From assembly GCA_028716745.1 (NCBI GenBank), contig JAQUPE010000003.1, positions 3,779 to 67,778 of the forward strand: DNA of 64,000 nucleotides, written 5' to 3'. The DNA comes from Minisyncoccota bacterium. Its GTDB lineage: Bacteria > Patescibacteriota > Minisyncoccia > UBA6257 > 02-FULL-45-10c. A program made the position numbers and the translations under genes. The notes under the pieces are model-generated. The model was not told the origin of the DNA. It did no database searches and worked only from the letters and a program-made list of their open reading frames with translations. Shown piece after piece: positions 19,035 through 28,476 of this stretch (the stretch's first letter is position 1; every line of letters starts with the position of its first letter).

Positions 19035-19991
19035 ATGAAAATCTCGGTAGTAGTCCCCATATTTAATGAAGAATTGGCCATAGCGGAAAACGTCAGGGCT
19101 ATAGTTAAAGCTCTTAACGATTTGGGCCGCGATTGGGAACTCGTTTTGGTAAATGATGGAAGCAGGGATAAAACATTGGAAATAATTACCGGTTTAGCCA
19201 AAGAAAATTCCAAAATCAAAGTCGTTTCTTATACAACGAACCGCGGACGAGGACATGCTTTGAAGACCGGATTTGCGGCAGCAACAGGCGATTATGTCAT
19301 AGCGACAGAATCGGATTTGAATTGGGGAACGGAAATTTTCGGAAATTTTGTAAGAGAACTCGATAAGGGAGATGCGGATATAATTGTAGCCTCTCCGCAT
19401 ATGAAGGGAGGGAGAATGGAAAACGTTCCATTTTCGAGGTGGCTGTTAAGTTATTTGGGAAATAAGATTTTCTCATTGGCATTTCCGGGGAAAATGACAA
19501 TGTGCACCGGAATGACGCGCGCTTATAAAAAAGAAGTTTTGGATTCTTTAGATTTGGAATCGGACGACAAAGAATTGCATATAGAAATTCTTTATAAGGC
19601 CTTGGATCTGGGATTTACGGTAAAAGAAATACCGGCAATATTAAGATGGAAAAAGCCGGAGAAGGGAGTCATTGTCCGCAAATCTCATTTTAAATACAAA
19701 GCAATTCTCAAGCACCTTCTTTTGAGTTTCGGAGTAAAGCCGTTTTTGCTTTTCGGCGGATTGGGTTTCGGCCTTGTTGGAATTGGTTCAATTATAGGAA
19801 TTTATCTTTTGGTTTTGTGGCTGGGAGGCGAAGCTATCGGGGCTCGTCCGATTTTATTTACTGCGGTTTTGCTGATAGTTGTCGGATTTCAAGTTTTAGT
19901 TTTCGGATTTTTGGCCAATCAGAACAGGGAGATAAAGAGACAACTGGCAAGAGTGCAAAAAGCTATTAAGGAATCAAGCGAAAAGAGCTAA
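19035..19991 (+). CDS. GT2 polyprenol-phosphate glycosyltransferase with C-terminal TM helices (GtrB/ArnC-like)
   Basis: ISVVVPIFNEE...LVNDGSRDKT... plus two C-terminal TM helices (LFGGLGFGLVGIGSIIGIYLLVLWL...LLIVVGFQVLVFGFL), typical of GtrB/ArnC. Confidence 0.7.
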   Translation: MKISVVVPIFNEELAIAENVRAIVKALNDLGRDWELVLVNDGSRDKTLEIITGLAKENSKIKVVSYTTNRGRGHALKTGFAAATGDYVIATESDLNWGTEIFGNFVRELDKGDADIIVASPHMKGGRMENVPFSRWLLSYLGNKIFSLAFPGKMTMCTGMTRAYKKEVLDSLDLESDDKELHIEILYKALDLGFTVKEIPAILRWKKPEKGVIVRKSHFKYKAILKHLLLSFGVKPFLLFGGLGFGLVGIGSIIGIYLLVLWLGGEAIGARPILFTAVLLIVVGFQVLVFGFLANQNREIKRQLARVQKAIKESSEKS

Positions 19992-19995
19992 GCCT

Positions 19996-20958
19996 GTGAA
20001 AAAGACAATTTTATATTTTTTAAGGATCGTTTTAACGGCAGCCGTTGTTTGGTATTTTTTTCAAAAAATTAATTTGGAAAAGTCTTTTGAGGCGGTAAAA
20101 CAAGCCGACTTTTTGATTTTTCTTTCGGCATTGGCTGTTTCTTTAATCGCCTGGATTTTTAATTCGCTGAGATGGCGACAGATTTTTTTGGCGGCAAATA
20201 TCAATATGCCGGCGAAGAAACTTTTTTTATATAATCTCGTCGGGGTTTTTTACGGCGTTGTTTTGCCTGGCGGGAAGCTGACGGGCGATGCGGTTTGCGC
20301 TCATCGGCTTACGGAAGATAATTCCGAAAACGGATACGATAAAAGATATTTTCTTTCAATATTAATGGATAGAGCAATAGGGATGCTCACGATGATATTT
20401 TTCGTGTCGGTTTATTTTATATTCAAAAAGCCATTTTATAATCTTGGCTGGCAATCGGATGCTTTCGGATATTTTTTATTGGCGGCTGATTTGCTGGGTT
20501 TCATTCTTATATTTACACCGGTTTTTGGTTTGGTTGTTTCCAAAATAATTAAATTATTTGCCAGCCGATGGAGCCTGCTTAATAATATTGAATCTATAAC
20601 TCAGGTTTATGGTCAGAATAAAAGGAGGCTTTATCCGGCATTATTATTTTCAATAGCGGGAGTTTCTTGCTTAGCGTTGTCGGTTTATTTGCTTAGCTTG
20701 AGCGTCGGGCTGGGGGCCAGTTTTGGAGCTGTAGGTTTTTCTTATTTATTGGCAACTATTTTAATAGTTGTTCCGATTACTATCGGAGGAATCGGCTTGA
20801 GGGAGGGAGGCATAACTTATTTTTTGATTCATTTAGGGGCGCCTATAGACGGCGCGGCTGCCTTGTCTATTCTTATGTTTGCGCAGTTTGCGATTGTGGC
20901 TTTAATCGGAGGAGCGATAGAGTTGTATTTTGTAGTTTTTAAAAAGGCTTTAAAATAA
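19996..20958 (+). CDS. Flippase-like polytopic membrane protein (lysyl-PG synthase TM-domain / UPF0104-like). GTG start.
   Basis: About 8 TM helices and no soluble domain. It sits immediately after the GtrB-like GT2 and before a GT-C protein, the classic position of a lipid-linked sugar translocase. Confidence 0.45.
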   Translation: MKKTILYFLRIVLTAAVVWYFFQKINLEKSFEAVKQADFLIFLSALAVSLIAWIFNSLRWRQIFLAANINMPAKKLFLYNLVGVFYGVVLPGGKLTGDAVCAHRLTEDNSENGYDKRYFLSILMDRAIGMLTMIFFVSVYFIFKKPFYNLGWQSDAFGYFLLAADLLGFILIFTPVFGLVVSKIIKLFASRWSLLNNIESITQVYGQNKRRLYPALLFSIAGVSCLALSVYLLSLSVGLGASFGAVGFSYLLATILIVVPITIGGIGLREGGITYFLIHLGAPIDGAAALSILMFAQFAIVALIGGAIELYFVVFKKALK

Positions 20959-20962
20959 GAAG

Positions 20963-22273
20963 ATGCTGAACTCATTTGTAAAATATGAAAAATATTGGAT
21001 TTCAGGGATAATTATCGCCGCTTTTATTGCGTCTTTGTGTTATTCGTTCGGATTTAGTCTTCAGCCGAGCGTTGATGCGCGCGCCTACGACAGTATTTCT
21101 TGGGATATAGCTCAAGGGAAAGGATACGATACGGATAGTTCGGTTGGGCGGCCGGGACCGGGATACGAATATTTTTTGGCGGCGATATTTTATATTTTCG
21201 GCCATTCTTATCCGGCGGTTTGGATTATTCAGGCCTTGCTTTTGGCGGCGACGGCTTATTTAGTTTTTTTGATAACACGCCTGGTATTTAAAGAATCTTG
21301 GCATCCGTTGATGGGACTGATTGCCGCTGCCTTGGTCGGCTTGTCTCCGGATTTGATTTCTATGTCCGCAATGCTGATGACGGAAATGCTGGTTGTGTTT
21401 TTATCAGTCGCATCAATTTATTGTTTTTTTAAGTATATTGACGCTAAAAATATAATTTGGATTCCCTTGGCTGCAATTTCTATGGCGGCGGCAATTTTAA
21501 CCAGATCCAATTTATTATTTTTGGTTTTGCCGATGATAATATATTTTATAATTTCTAAAGACTGGAAAAGAGGACTATTGTTTATTTTTATATTTTTAAT
21601 TTGTTTCATTCCCTGGACAGTCCGCAATTATGGAGTATACGGAGAATTCAAGCCCTTTAATTCTTCAATGGGTTTGATTTATGTCGGTAATCATTCCGGG
21701 GCGACCGGAGAATTGGTTTTGAATTATTCTTTTCCGGAAGGATACGGAGATTTTAGGAAAATGGATCAGATAGATTTTGACAATAATTTGGGGCGCGCCG
21801 GCATAGACTATATTATTCATAATCCGCTGCAATTTATTAAGCTTACGATTTGGAGGATTTCTACTTATTTCAGTTTTGCCAGGCCGTTCGCTTTTTGGCC
21901 GCATTTAGCTGGCTTGGCAAAAGCCATAACTATAGTTTTGTCTTCTATTTATTCAATTATTATTTTCGGACTGGGATTGGCCGGGGCGGTTTTATCGCTC
22001 AAGAGATTTGGGGAAAAGAAAAGTCCGGCTTTGCTTTTGGCGATGTTTTTAACAACCCTGTCGGTCGTAGTTTTGATTGTTGAAACGAGATACCGCTTGG
22101 TGAGTTATCCGATGCTGGCGGTTTTCGGCGGTTTTTCCGTTTACTGGCTTGCGTCTAAGCAGGAGGAATTGAAGAGGATTTTAATCAAAATTTGGCCTGT
22201 TTTAGCCCTATTGGCTGCCAACACGGCCTTTGATGTAATTAGGAATTGGGACCGGATTATTGAGCGTCTTTAG
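20963..22273 (+). CDS. GT-C-like polytopic membrane glycosyltransferase (third copy)
   Basis: Multi-TM protein with an acidic first-loop motif (SVDARAYDSISWD), arranged as in the PMT_2/ArnT family. Confidence 0.5.
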   Translation: MLNSFVKYEKYWISGIIIAAFIASLCYSFGFSLQPSVDARAYDSISWDIAQGKGYDTDSSVGRPGPGYEYFLAAIFYIFGHSYPAVWIIQALLLAATAYLVFLITRLVFKESWHPLMGLIAAALVGLSPDLISMSAMLMTEMLVVFLSVASIYCFFKYIDAKNIIWIPLAAISMAAAILTRSNLLFLVLPMIIYFIISKDWKRGLLFIFIFLICFIPWTVRNYGVYGEFKPFNSSMGLIYVGNHSGATGELVLNYSFPEGYGDFRKMDQIDFDNNLGRAGIDYIIHNPLQFIKLTIWRISTYFSFARPFAFWPHLAGLAKAITIVLSSIYSIIIFGLGLAGAVLSLKRFGEKKSPALLLAMFLTTLSVVVLIVETRYRLVSYPMLAVFGGFSVYWLASKQEELKRILIKIWPVLALLAANTAFDVIRNWDRIIERL

Positions 22274-23009
22274 ATTTTTGAGCCGCAACGAAATATCCTT
22301 CGGATAAGTCGAAGTTGTTGAACAGGTTGCTTATCATGATAAAAGGATAAAGCGTTATTGGATTAAAGAATAATTTTACAAAAGAGGGCAGCTTTATTAT
22401 GACGCTGCTCTTTTTTGTTCTAGACTCATCGTTTCCGGAAATATGCGGATTGGTTATTTTGAAATAAAAATTTCTTATTACTTGAAGAACATTAAGCCAG
22501 GGGAATCCCGGGGAATATAATTGGATTACGGAAAACCCGGCTTGCTCCAAAAGTTCTTTTAATTCTTTCTTTTCATATCTTCTTTTGTGCCCGGCCACAA
22601 TATCGCCGTAGCCCCACATTTTTTGATGAGCCGGTATGGAAATAATCAGATAGCCGTTTTCTTTAAGCCAGCTATTCATTTTTTTAAGCGCTTTAAAATC
22701 TTCTTCAATATGTTCTAAAACTTCGAAAGAGACGATTGCGTCGGCATTTGGATTTTGAGGATAATCAAAAAAGTTTGTTTCGTGAAGCTGGATATTGGGC
22801 AAATTTTTTCTTACCTTAGTTTCTTTAAAAACATCCGCTGCTTCTCCTGAAAATTCAAAACATTCAACCCCATATCCTTTTTCGGCCATTTGAAAATCAA
22901 AATCTCCCTGGCCGCAGCCGATATCGACAATTTTGCTCTTTACGAGCAGATGTTTTTTAATAAATTTTTCGGCCAGATAATGTCTGAAAAGCGGCCTGAT
23001 GGCAATCAT
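22257..23009 (-). CDS. Class I SAM-dependent methyltransferase
   Basis: VDIGCGQGDFDFQMAEKG (motif I), DAIVSFEVLEHIEED (motif II) and NGYLIISIP. Confidence 0.65.
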   Translation of the reverse strand: MIAIRPLFRHYLAEKFIKKHLLVKSKIVDIGCGQGDFDFQMAEKGYGVECFEFSGEAADVFKETKVRKNLPNIQLHETNFFDYPQNPNADAIVSFEVLEHIEEDFKALKKMNSWLKENGYLIISIPAHQKMWGYGDIVAGHKRRYEKKELKELLEQAGFSVIQLYSPGFPWLNVLQVIRNFYFKITNPHISGNDESRTKKSSVIIKLPSFVKLFFNPITLYPFIMISNLFNNFDLSEGYFVAAQKSKDAQ

Positions 23010-24070
23010 ATCTTTATTATGGTGTTTGAAATTATTTCGGCAAGCTGATTTTTCAAAGAATTGAAATTACATACCTTATTGAAAGCTTCATGCCCGTTTT
23101 CGGCTATTTTTTGGCGCAGCCCCGGATCATTTTTAAGCTTGAGAATTTTATCGGCTAAATCTTGGGGATCGCCGGCGCGGCAGAGAATAAGGCTTTCTCC
23201 GTCTTTAAATACTTCTCGTATAGCTTCGGAATCGCAGGTAATAAGAGGTTTTCCGCAAGCTACTGCTTCAAAAGCTTTGTTCGGTATGACGCGGAAAGTT
23301 TTATCCACGGTGCCGAATATTCCGAGCGCCAGATCTCCTTGGTTTATAAAGGCAGGCAATTCTTCTATTGGAATGAATTTGTCGTAAAAGACGATATTTT
23401 TGATTTTCAGTTCCTCGGCTAATTTTTTGACGGAATCCAGCGTCGGACCTTTTCCGAGAATGTTAAAAATTATGTCAGCTTGATTTTCAAGAATTTTTGC
23501 AGCCCTAATAATGGTATCCACGCCCTGGAGAGGAATAAATCCGCCATGGAATTCAATTATAAATTTATTATCATGCGGTTTTTGCAGGGGTTTAAAGAGC
23601 GTAGGATCGGCGCAAATATAAAATGATTTGAATTTTGCCGGAGGAAGATTGAATGTTTTGGCAAACCAGTCGGCGTGGGCTTGGGTATCGGTAATTATCG
23701 TGTCGGCCCAGGCACAGGATGTTTTATCCAGGAAGTAGGCGATTTTCCCGATTAAAGAATTGGGCTTGAATATTTTCCGGTCAAAGCAGATTGAGTCGTA
23801 GAGAGAAATAAAGACATCAAATATAATCGGTTTTCTTGAAAAAATTTTAGCTAATATTACCAGCGGGTGCCCCATGAAGCCTATATAAATTGCGTCAGCA
23901 TCTTTTTTAGAAAAAATAAATCTGAATCCGACATTTAGAAATCTTTTAATATAGCTGTTGGCGGAACAGGTTATTTCTTTTACTTCAAAATTTTGCCTCA
24001 ATAATTTAAGATTGTTGGAGTTTCTGGGATAATTGGGTTTTGCGCCGGCAATGAAGAGTATTTTTTTCAT
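23006..24070 (-). CDS. GT4-like glycosyltransferase (GT-B)
   Basis: C-terminal FEAVACGKPLITCDSEAIREV resembles the GT4 EX7E region. N-terminal Rossmann-like half. Confidence 0.6.
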   Translation of the reverse strand: MKKILFIAGAKPNYPRNSNNLKLLRQNFEVKEITCSANSYIKRFLNVGFRFIFSKKDADAIYIGFMGHPLVILAKIFSRKPIIFDVFISLYDSICFDRKIFKPNSLIGKIAYFLDKTSCAWADTIITDTQAHADWFAKTFNLPPAKFKSFYICADPTLFKPLQKPHDNKFIIEFHGGFIPLQGVDTIIRAAKILENQADIIFNILGKGPTLDSVKKLAEELKIKNIVFYDKFIPIEELPAFINQGDLALGIFGTVDKTFRVIPNKAFEAVACGKPLITCDSEAIREVFKDGESLILCRAGDPQDLADKILKLKNDPGLRQKIAENGHEAFNKVCNFNSLKNQLAEIISNTIIKI

Positions 24071-24127
24071 AACATTTATCGGTTAAAATAGGTTGTATAT
24101 TTATATTATTATATATTAAAACACACT

Positions 24128-25249
24128 ATGAATATGAATAGTCATAAGCTTTGCTATGTCCTGCCGGAATACAGCCCCGACAGCCATACTCATTTTGCCT
24201 ATATCGCCGATTTTCTAAAAGAGGCCGGAAAAGAAGCTGATATCTTTTTAATAATTGAAAGGGGCAGAAAGCCTGATTTCGGCTTTGGCTGCCGGAAAGT
24301 TTTTGTCGCCGGCGGGTTTGGCTTGTGGCGGATTTTTAAAACAAAATTATTGATTCTTTATGCCAGGATGTCCGGGCACAAAGATTTTTATATTCATTAT
24401 TCTTTTCTATCGGCTTTTATAGCTTCGTGCGCTGTCAGGATTTTTGGGGGCAGAGTTTTTTATTGGAACTGCGGTTTGCCCTGGAATTATAAAAGAAATT
24501 TTTTGCGCGAGGGATTTGAGCGGCTGACTTATAAAATGATTTCTTTTTTAGTGACAGGAACGGAAGGATTAAAAAATCAATACTCCGAACATTACGGATT
24601 AAAATTGGAAAAAATTAAAGTAATGCCGAATTGGATTGATTTGAATAATATTAAAGACCAGATATCGGCTGCCGGAAAGGAGGAGCTGAAAAATCAGTTA
24701 GGCATTAAATCCGGACAAAAAATTATTTTATTTATTCATAGGCTTTCAAAAAGAAAGGGAGCGCATTATTTGCCGGAAATTTTGGAAAAATTAAAAAACA
24801 AGAATGTATCTTTAATTATTGTTGGGGACGGACCGGAAAGAAAAGAATTGGAAATAAAAATTGAAAAATTGGGCCTAAAAGACAGGGCGAAATTTTTAGG
24901 CTGGCTTCCGCACGATGTAGTTGAAGATTATTTCGGAATAGCAGATGTTTTTATTATGCCGTCGGAAGAAGAGGGATTCCCGCACGTTCTGCTAGAGGCG
25001 ATGGCGGCGGGAACGCCGTTTGTGGCTTTTAGCGTCGGAGGAACGGAAGAAATAACGCCCACCGAGTTAAAAAATGATATTATTGCATCTTCGGGCGACA
25101 TCAATGGTTTTATTTTAAAAGCCGGAAATTTTTTGGATTTAGATTTAAATCAGGCAAAAAGAATAAAAACAATTGAACAGCAATGGGTAAAAAGATATAA
25201 CATTAAAGAAGTGGCGCAAATTTTTAAATCATTATTTTATGGCGGATAA
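24128..25249 (+). CDS. GT4 family glycosyltransferase
   Basis: EEGFPHVLLEAMAAGTPFVAFSVGGTEEI motif. Confidence 0.7.
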   Translation: MNMNSHKLCYVLPEYSPDSHTHFAYIADFLKEAGKEADIFLIIERGRKPDFGFGCRKVFVAGGFGLWRIFKTKLLILYARMSGHKDFYIHYSFLSAFIASCAVRIFGGRVFYWNCGLPWNYKRNFLREGFERLTYKMISFLVTGTEGLKNQYSEHYGLKLEKIKVMPNWIDLNNIKDQISAAGKEELKNQLGIKSGQKIILFIHRLSKRKGAHYLPEILEKLKNKNVSLIIVGDGPERKELEIKIEKLGLKDRAKFLGWLPHDVVEDYFGIADVFIMPSEEEGFPHVLLEAMAAGTPFVAFSVGGTEEITPTELKNDIIASSGDINGFILKAGNFLDLDLNQAKRIKTIEQQWVKRYNIKEVAQIFKSLFYGG

Positions 25250-26369
25250 AGTAAAAATATTATTTGTAACAAATGATCTCGGGGTTGGCGGGGTCCAGCG
25301 GCTGGCGGTGGAGTTTGCCAACTTTTTGGATAAATCGAAATTCGACGTTTCGCTGGCTATTTTATTTTCCCGCAAAGATTCTTATTTTTATAAAGACTTA
25401 TTGGGGACGGATATTAAATTTTTTAATTTTGATTTTAATAATTATTGGGATTTGCCGGAATTTTTCAAATTTTATAAATTTCTTAGGAAAAATAAGTTTG
25501 ACATTGTTTTCACCCAATTATTTATGGCGGACTTTATTGGAAGAATAGCCGCGTTTTTTGCCGGAGTGCCGGTGATTGTGACGGAAATACAGAATCTTGT
25601 TGCCGGTCTTCCTCAAAGATATATTCTTACGGATAAATTGCTGGGAAAAATTACAGATCTTTGCATATCAACCACAAACGCAATTACGGAATATGCCATA
25701 AAGATAATCGGATTTCCGCCGGAAAAAGTGGCGGAGGTTCCGACTAATGCCGTAGACGCGAGAAGATTTGAAAAAAAAATAAATAAAGCGGATTTTAAAA
25801 AATCTTTGGGCGTTCCGCCTGATGCCAAAATGGTTATTACTATTGGAAGGATGGTGGGACAGAAGGGGCATACGATATTGCTTAAGGCTGCGCCGAAAAT
25901 TTTGGCTAAAAATCCGAATGTTTATTTTGTAATAGTGGGATCCGGAAGATTGGAAGGCGAGCTTAAAGCCGAAGCAGAAAGTTTGAAATTGGGCGAGAAA
26001 GTTAAATTCCCGGGCGCTCGCACGGACACGCCGGACCTTTTAATGGCATCGGACGTATTTGCTTTTCCATCTCTTTGGGAAGGCCAGGGACTTATTTTAT
26101 TTGAGGCGATGTTTGCCGGAACGCCGATAGTGGCTTCAAACGTCGGAGGAATACCGGATGTAATCAAGCATGAAGAGACGGGTCTTTTGGCCGAGCCGGG
26201 GAACCCCGACGATTTAGCCGAGAAAATTTTAAGGGCCTTGGACGACAAAAAAATCGTTGAAAAAATTACCAAAACCGCTTTTGAGAGATATAAGGACAGG
26301 ACTATGGAAAATTCCGCCAAGAAATTGGAGGATGCTTTTTTGAGAGTTTATAATTCCAAGAGAAACTAA
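25239..26369 (+). CDS. GT4 family glycosyltransferase
   Basis: WEGQGLILFEAMFAGTPIVASNVGGIPDVI motif. Confidence 0.75.
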   Translation: MADKVKILFVTNDLGVGGVQRLAVEFANFLDKSKFDVSLAILFSRKDSYFYKDLLGTDIKFFNFDFNNYWDLPEFFKFYKFLRKNKFDIVFTQLFMADFIGRIAAFFAGVPVIVTEIQNLVAGLPQRYILTDKLLGKITDLCISTTNAITEYAIKIIGFPPEKVAEVPTNAVDARRFEKKINKADFKKSLGVPPDAKMVITIGRMVGQKGHTILLKAAPKILAKNPNVYFVIVGSGRLEGELKAEAESLKLGEKVKFPGARTDTPDLLMASDVFAFPSLWEGQGLILFEAMFAGTPIVASNVGGIPDVIKHEETGLLAEPGNPDDLAEKILRALDDKKIVEKITKTAFERYKDRTMENSAKKLEDAFLRVYNSKRN

Positions 26370-26483
26370 ACGAATTGCTTTGTTGTTTTTATATAGACAG
26401 GCTTGAATGTTCGAGTTCAAGATGTTATTTTTCTAGCTTGTTCCTTAATAAAATAAGGAAGGCATTATAATAAAGGAGAAACT

Positions 26484-27209
26484 ATGCTGATAAAATATCT
26501 TGATTGGGATTCAAAATTCTTCGGATTGAATATAGGAAGCTGCCAGCCGGGAGTTTTTAGCGAAGAAAATCAAAAGATTTTTTGGGAAGAGTTTTCCAAA
26601 AAAGATTTTGATTGCGCTTATCTTTTTTTCTCTCACGAGGATAAGAAGGGAGCCGACTTGGCTTTTAAATTCGGCGGTCTTTATGTCGGCGAGCAGGTTG
26701 TTTATGAAATGCGCCGCGAAGACTGGAAAGGAGATTCTTCGGACGGGAAAAGCGCGGTTTTGGGAAAGATAAGCGAGGCAGAGGATATTCAGCTGTTAAG
26801 CTTGGCGAGAAAACTTTCCGAGACAAGCCGCTTTTTTATGGATCCGAAATTCAGAAGTTTTGCCGCAAAGATGTATGAGATATGGTTTGAAAAGCTGAAG
26901 AACGGAAAAGACAGCATAATAGTGGCAGCGTTCGATGAAGAAAAGAAAATAATAGGATTTATAGGATGCTCAATAACGGGAAATGTCGGGAAGATGGATC
27001 TGGTCGTGGTAAGCGAGAATTGCAGAGGCAAGGGAATCGGGAAGTCGATGATGCGGAAGGCGATGTCTTCGCTTTTTGCCAAAGGAGTGGAAAAAATAAT
27101 AATTGTCACTCAGGCGGAAAACGAAGCGGCCAACAAGCTTTATCAATGGGCCGATTTTAAGCTGAATTTATCGGAGAATAAAAAAATCTACCACCTTTGG
27201 AGGAAATAA
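26484..27209 (+). CDS. GNAT N-acetyltransferase, WecD (dTDP-fucosamine acetyltransferase)-like
   Basis: C-terminal GNAT core VVSENCRGKGIGKSMMRKAM...TQAENEAANKLYQWADF. An N-terminal extra domain as in WecD. The strong SD AAAGGAGAAACT precedes the ATG. Confidence 0.55.
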   Translation: MLIKYLDWDSKFFGLNIGSCQPGVFSEENQKIFWEEFSKKDFDCAYLFFSHEDKKGADLAFKFGGLYVGEQVVYEMRREDWKGDSSDGKSAVLGKISEAEDIQLLSLARKLSETSRFFMDPKFRSFAAKMYEIWFEKLKNGKDSIIVAAFDEEKKIIGFIGCSITGNVGKMDLVVVSENCRGKGIGKSMMRKAMSSLFAKGVEKIIIVTQAENEAANKLYQWADFKLNLSENKKIYHLWRK

Positions 27210-27210
27210 C

Positions 27211-28398
27211 ATGAACAAAAAGAAATTCATTGTTTTCGGAAAGCCGTCGCTGGATAAGGAGGAAATCCGGGCAATTACGGAAGTTTTGAAATCCGGCTGG
27301 ATCGGCATGGGGCCGAAATGCGAAGAGTTTGAAAAGCTCTTTGCAGAATACGTCGGCGCTAAATATGCCGTTTCTGTCAGTTCCTGCACCGCGGCTTTGC
27401 ATCTGGCGCTTTTAGCGGCCGGAGTTGAGCCGGGCGACGAGGTAATCACCACGCCGCTGACTTTTGTGGCGACTATCAACGCCATTGAGTATTGCGGAGC
27501 CAAGCCGGTTTTGGCGGATATCGATCCAAAATCTTTGAACATCAATCCGGAGTTCATCAGAAAAGCAATAACCAAAAAGACCAAAGCAATTCTGCCGGTT
27601 CATTTCGGAGGGTTGCCTTGCGACATGGATTCTATTAACGCCATAGCGCAAGAAAAAGGCCTGGCGGTAATTGAAGACGCGGCGCATGCGGTCGGAGCGG
27701 AATGGCGGGGAGTGAGAATAGGAGGACTAAAAAACTCCATCGCCTGTTTCAGTTTTTATCCGAACAAGAACATGACTTCCATCGAGGGAGGGATGGTAAC
27801 GACTGACAACGCTGAGATAGCGGAGAAGATCAAGATAATGCGCGTGCACGGAATGGACAATGAAGCTTGGAAAAGATACCAGGGCGGAAAGAAACTTATT
27901 CATTCCGAAATGGTGATGCCGGGCTTCAAGTACAATCTGACAGACGCGCAGGCGGCGATAGGAATTTGCCAGCTGAAGAAGCTGGATAAATTTCAGGACA
28001 AGAGGGAGGAGTACGCCGAGATCTACGACGATTATTTTTCCGATGTTTGCGATACGCAAGTCGGCCTTTCCATGGATACGGATTCGGCTGAGTTTCGGAT
28101 CCGCCATGCGCTTCACCTTTACCTGATTCTTCTGAAAACAGAAAAGATGCGCAAGGGGAGGGAAGAAATTCTGCAGGAGATCAGAGATGAAGGAATCGGC
28201 GCAACAATCCATTACCTTCCGGTTCATATGCACCGGTATTACCGCGAAAAATTCGGATTCAAGAAAGGAGACTTTCCTGTAGCCGAAGATGCTTATCAAA
28301 GGATGATTACATTGCCTTTGACGCCTTCAATGACATTGAAAGATGCCAAGAGGGTCGCGGAGACCGTGAAGTGCATCATCGTGACGAACATGAAGTAG
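27211..28398 (+). CDS. DegT/DnrJ/EryC1/StrS-family PLP-dependent sugar aminotransferase (WecE-like)
   Basis: Typical length and layout. SFYPNKNMTSIEGGMV contains the PLP-Lys region. GC-rich relative to flanks. Confidence 0.8.
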   Translation: MNKKKFIVFGKPSLDKEEIRAITEVLKSGWIGMGPKCEEFEKLFAEYVGAKYAVSVSSCTAALHLALLAAGVEPGDEVITTPLTFVATINAIEYCGAKPVLADIDPKSLNINPEFIRKAITKKTKAILPVHFGGLPCDMDSINAIAQEKGLAVIEDAAHAVGAEWRGVRIGGLKNSIACFSFYPNKNMTSIEGGMVTTDNAEIAEKIKIMRVHGMDNEAWKRYQGGKKLIHSEMVMPGFKYNLTDAQAAIGICQLKKLDKFQDKREEYAEIYDDYFSDVCDTQVGLSMDTDSAEFRIRHALHLYLILLKTEKMRKGREEILQEIRDEGIGATIHYLPVHMHRYYREKFGFKKGDFPVAEDAYQRMITLPLTPSMTLKDAKRVAETVKCIIVTNMK

Positions 28399-28413
28399 CA
28401 GCAGCAATTTGCA

Positions 28414-28448
28414 GGCCACCAAACCCTAGTGGGAGAGGTGGCTTTTTA
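28414..28448 (+). terminator. Rho-independent terminator (GGCCACC...GGTGGC + TTTTT)
   Basis: Inverted repeat ggccacc / ggtggc followed by a T-run, just after the aminotransferase stop. Confidence 0.5.
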
Positions 28449-28476
28449 TTTGCGGGAATAGTTATATATTACGCTT

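Noticed and set aside
27157-28299. Minus-strand ORFs of 81-190 aa overlapping the GNAT and aminotransferase genes
   Set aside because: Same GC-rich antisense artefact. The sense-strand DegT-family protein is unambiguous.
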